Origin: Bigelowiella natans CCMP2755
Lineage: Eukaryota > Protista > Cercozoa
Length of the DNA stretch: 53,656 nucleotides
Direction: 5' to 3'
Assembly (NCBI GenBank): GCA_000320545.1
Contig: ADNK01002453.1
Coordinates: 1 to 53,656 of the forward strand
Part shown: positions 50,861-53,656 of the stretch, in pieces
How positions within the stretch are numbered: the first letter of the stretch is position 1
Layout of the letters: every line of letters starts with the position of its first letter
The notes under the pieces: generated by a model
Seen by the model: only the letters and a program-made list of their open reading frames with translations
Told to the model about the DNA's origin: nothing
The model's database searches: none
Made by a program: the position numbers and the translations under genes

Positions 50861-53203
50861 ATGGTGAGCTCCAAAGGGGTGGAGCTTGGGAGAGTTGGGA
50901 GAACAGAACTCGAGCAGAATATAGCTGAACCCATTATGTGGACGATATTTGATTATAGCATCATGTTTAGTCGGGTATTAAAGACAACGAGACCTTCGTT
51001 ATTACAGATTTCATCTACAAACAGATTCTCTGCTTCAATTTGATTCTGATGTTTGGTTATCACACAATTAGAAATTGACGGCAGTCCTGCCCCTTTTGCT
51101 GGGCCTAGTCCTTCCACAAAGCTGCTCTGCTGGTGAATCGACACATAAAGTACGTTCCCCTCCCTTCCAACCCCACGAATGAATTATCTGTTGCTGCGGG
51201 TTGCGACAGATTCTGAAGATGTCTGAATATATTTAGTATGCGCAAGGGGAAGAAGTAACAATATGGGTCAACAAAATTGGTCCATTCCACAATCCTCAAG
51301 AAACGTATCAGTACGACTCTTTGGGGCTCTGCAGGGAGTCAGGAAGACCTGCAAGACACAAGTCACAGGGCCTTGGAGGCATGCTCTCTGGTGACGACCT
51401 TGTGGACAGTGGAATGCAAATATACTTCAGAAGTAATGGCACGTTATAGCAGACGCATCTATAGTTTTTATATCACGATTGTGGTGTAAGGGTGTTGAGA
51501 TTTTAAGACTTCAAAAAAATCATTCGTTCCCAAAAACGGTGCTATTATTAATCAAGATGTGCAGCCAGTGCTGCGATTTACTAGTGACATTTTATCCAAT
51601 CTCCATTTGCTTCCCTTCCATTTTTGTTACATAAAGTAAATCAGTCTTTTTCCATAAATGCATATTTCCGAGTTCATACCAATGCTTTGGACAATAGTTG
51701 TGCTTCTGATAACGAACATACTTACAACTTTCGCAGCCGATGTGGAGAGCCGGACTTTCTGCGAAATGCAGTTAGATGGAGATAATATCGGAAAGATAAC
51801 TAGTTCCGTTGAACAACACTTTTGGTACCAGATGTATATTGGTAATACTGCAATTTTAAAATAAGAAGATCTCGTGTGCTTTTGTCCATCAAGCCCCATC
51901 ACCTTCGCTGTACACCGATTACGAAGTTTGTTATCATCCTACGCTTCTACATAGGAGTATGACTGATGATTATTGTTATTATAAGCGTCGTTGTACTTCC
52001 GCGCAGAGTGATCATGAATATGAAATAACTACAGATGACCTTCCTGTATGGGGAATGATCGGAGAGCTGATGCAGCCAGATGGAGGCTCGGAAGAAGGCG
52101 AACAAGCATTCATATACACTCATAAAGCATTCTCCATCTCTTGGAACCATAAGCGTATCATCGAGATCAATCTGACCTCGGAGAAACCCGTCGCACTCAC
52201 AAGCGGCCAGAAGCTCAAATTCACCTACTCCGTGAAATGGACAAATACGCAGAAGAAGTTTTCCAACCGATTTGACCGATATCTCGACTCTGGCTTTTTC
52301 GAGCATAAGGTATTATTCTTTGATCGAAATCACGTATTTTATGTGGTTATTATTATTTGTACACTTATCTCTCTCTCTGCGACAACCAAAAGCAGCGTCT
52401 GTGCTTCTATGCGTCTGTGCATGCATAGAGCGCCGCTGCTACACGTCTGTCGTTTTTTGAGTGGTGTGAACCAATATATTCAGTATGAGTGGTGTGAACT
52501 AATATATTCAGTATTAGCTCTTCGCGTACTATTAGAAATCGCCAGTATTGATGTGTATTGATGTTCCTCCCTAAGTATGGAATGTCTCAGCTCGAATTTA
52601 AACTACGAATAGTCTGTTGTGTTGACCTGGTGCTCCGAAAAAGGATTATGATGATGATGATGATCGTTATGATGGTATATTCCTCCATACAATGATATGT
52701 TTTTATGGCACACAGATTCATTGGTTCTCCGTATTCAATTCTGTGATGATGGTGGTGTTTTTGTGCGGCCTCGTCTCTCTCGTGCTCATGCGAGTGCTGC
52801 GTAATGACTACTCTCGCTACAGCTTGGACGAGGAAGATATGGATATGGTACTAGTGCTCTTGTAGTTGTTATTGTTGTTGTTGTCGCGGTAGTTGATACC
52901 GTGTTGTCATCATCACCATCGTAGCAGCCATTTGTCTCTTCCATTACACCTCTTCTTCTTATTCTTCGCCTTCTTCTCTTCCTCTTCCACACAATTACTA
53001 CCACCAGGAGCGCTTAAGCGGCGAAGAAGTGGGATGGAAGCAGATTCACCAGGACGTGTTCTCCCAACCGAAGTTTCTTGAGTTGTATGCGTCGTTGATA
53101 GGAACGGGCTATCAGCTGTTTGTGCTAACCTTTTGGGGAATCCTGATCTCAGTGATTGGATCTCTACACACTATGTAACAGGAAGCAACTTAACGACGAC
53201 GAC

Positions 53204-53234
<31 letters not shown>

Positions 53235-53266
53235 TTTAATCGGTGAGGATCTTGAGGAAATAATGG

Positions 53267-53305
<39 letters not shown>

Positions 53306-53426
53306 TGAGTAGGCGTGGATCAATTCCTTCAATGCTGCTGATATGCTATGCATTAACTTGTTTCATCTCGGGGTACACTGGAGGGTCGTTTTACAAACGA
53401 TATGGAGGTGCGTGTTTGTGTGTGCG

Positions 53427-53474
<48 letters not shown>

Positions 53475-53656
53475 CGCATACTCGATCATCATCATCATCA
53501 TCATCAATTGGGCATCTTCTCTTCAATCGTCATCGATCTATAGTTGCAGCTGGCTATGCGTATTTATCACTACTACTTATGACGATTAGTAGGTCCCCGC
53601 AACGATGGTTATAATCTTCCCCCTCCCCCCCCCCCAACCCAACCCCTCTGTTGCAC
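50861..53656 (+). CDS. TM9SF3: Nonaspanin/EMP70 transmembrane 9 superfamily protein (TM9SF3/TMN1-like), truncated by the window end
   Basis: ATG|intron|[20 protein letters not shown] signal peptide; [17 protein letters not shown]; FWYQMYI|[11 protein letters not shown]; FTYSVKW; [14 protein letters not shown]|[20 protein letters not shown]; [13 protein letters not shown]. Confidence 0.92.

Noticed and set aside
1431-53589. Numerous ORFs with poly-VC, HT, YI, H, D or L tracts
   Set aside because: They are translations of intronic microsatellites or antisense frames of real exons.
1227-53656. Alternative genetic code or stop-codon readthrough
   Set aside because: All conserved domains I traced could be assembled with the standard code using GT/GC-AG introns.

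Overview
Intron-rich, microsatellite-laden eukaryotic nuclear DNA, most likely from a chlorarachniophyte alga such as Bigelowiella. This is an inference from bipartite signal-plus-transit-like leaders on plastid-type proteins and many short exons. Almost all entries in the ORF track are repeat artefacts, so genes were spliced by hand. Nine genes occur in strictly alternating orientation: ABCG7-like transporter (+), FCS zinc-finger protein (-), EamA/DMT transporter (+), triple-KH RNA-binding protein (-), LYRM2 (+), SETD6/LSMT-type methyltransferase (-), Tudor/MBT-like plus OTU deubiquitinase (+), ClpC chaperone (-) and TM9SF3-like protein (+, truncated). A tenth gene may start on (-) at the left edge. 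The most striking pattern is intergenic. All four tail-to-tail gaps hold a microsatellite-free tract rich in CTAG/CATG/TGCA with (TAGC)n runs. All five head-to-head gaps hold clusters of TGTCG/CGACA. Two unrelated precursors share a signal peptide followed by a ubiquitin-like LRGG motif. ClpC lacks its second ATPase core at a poly-C tract. Exon boundaries and motif counts were read by eye and are approximate.
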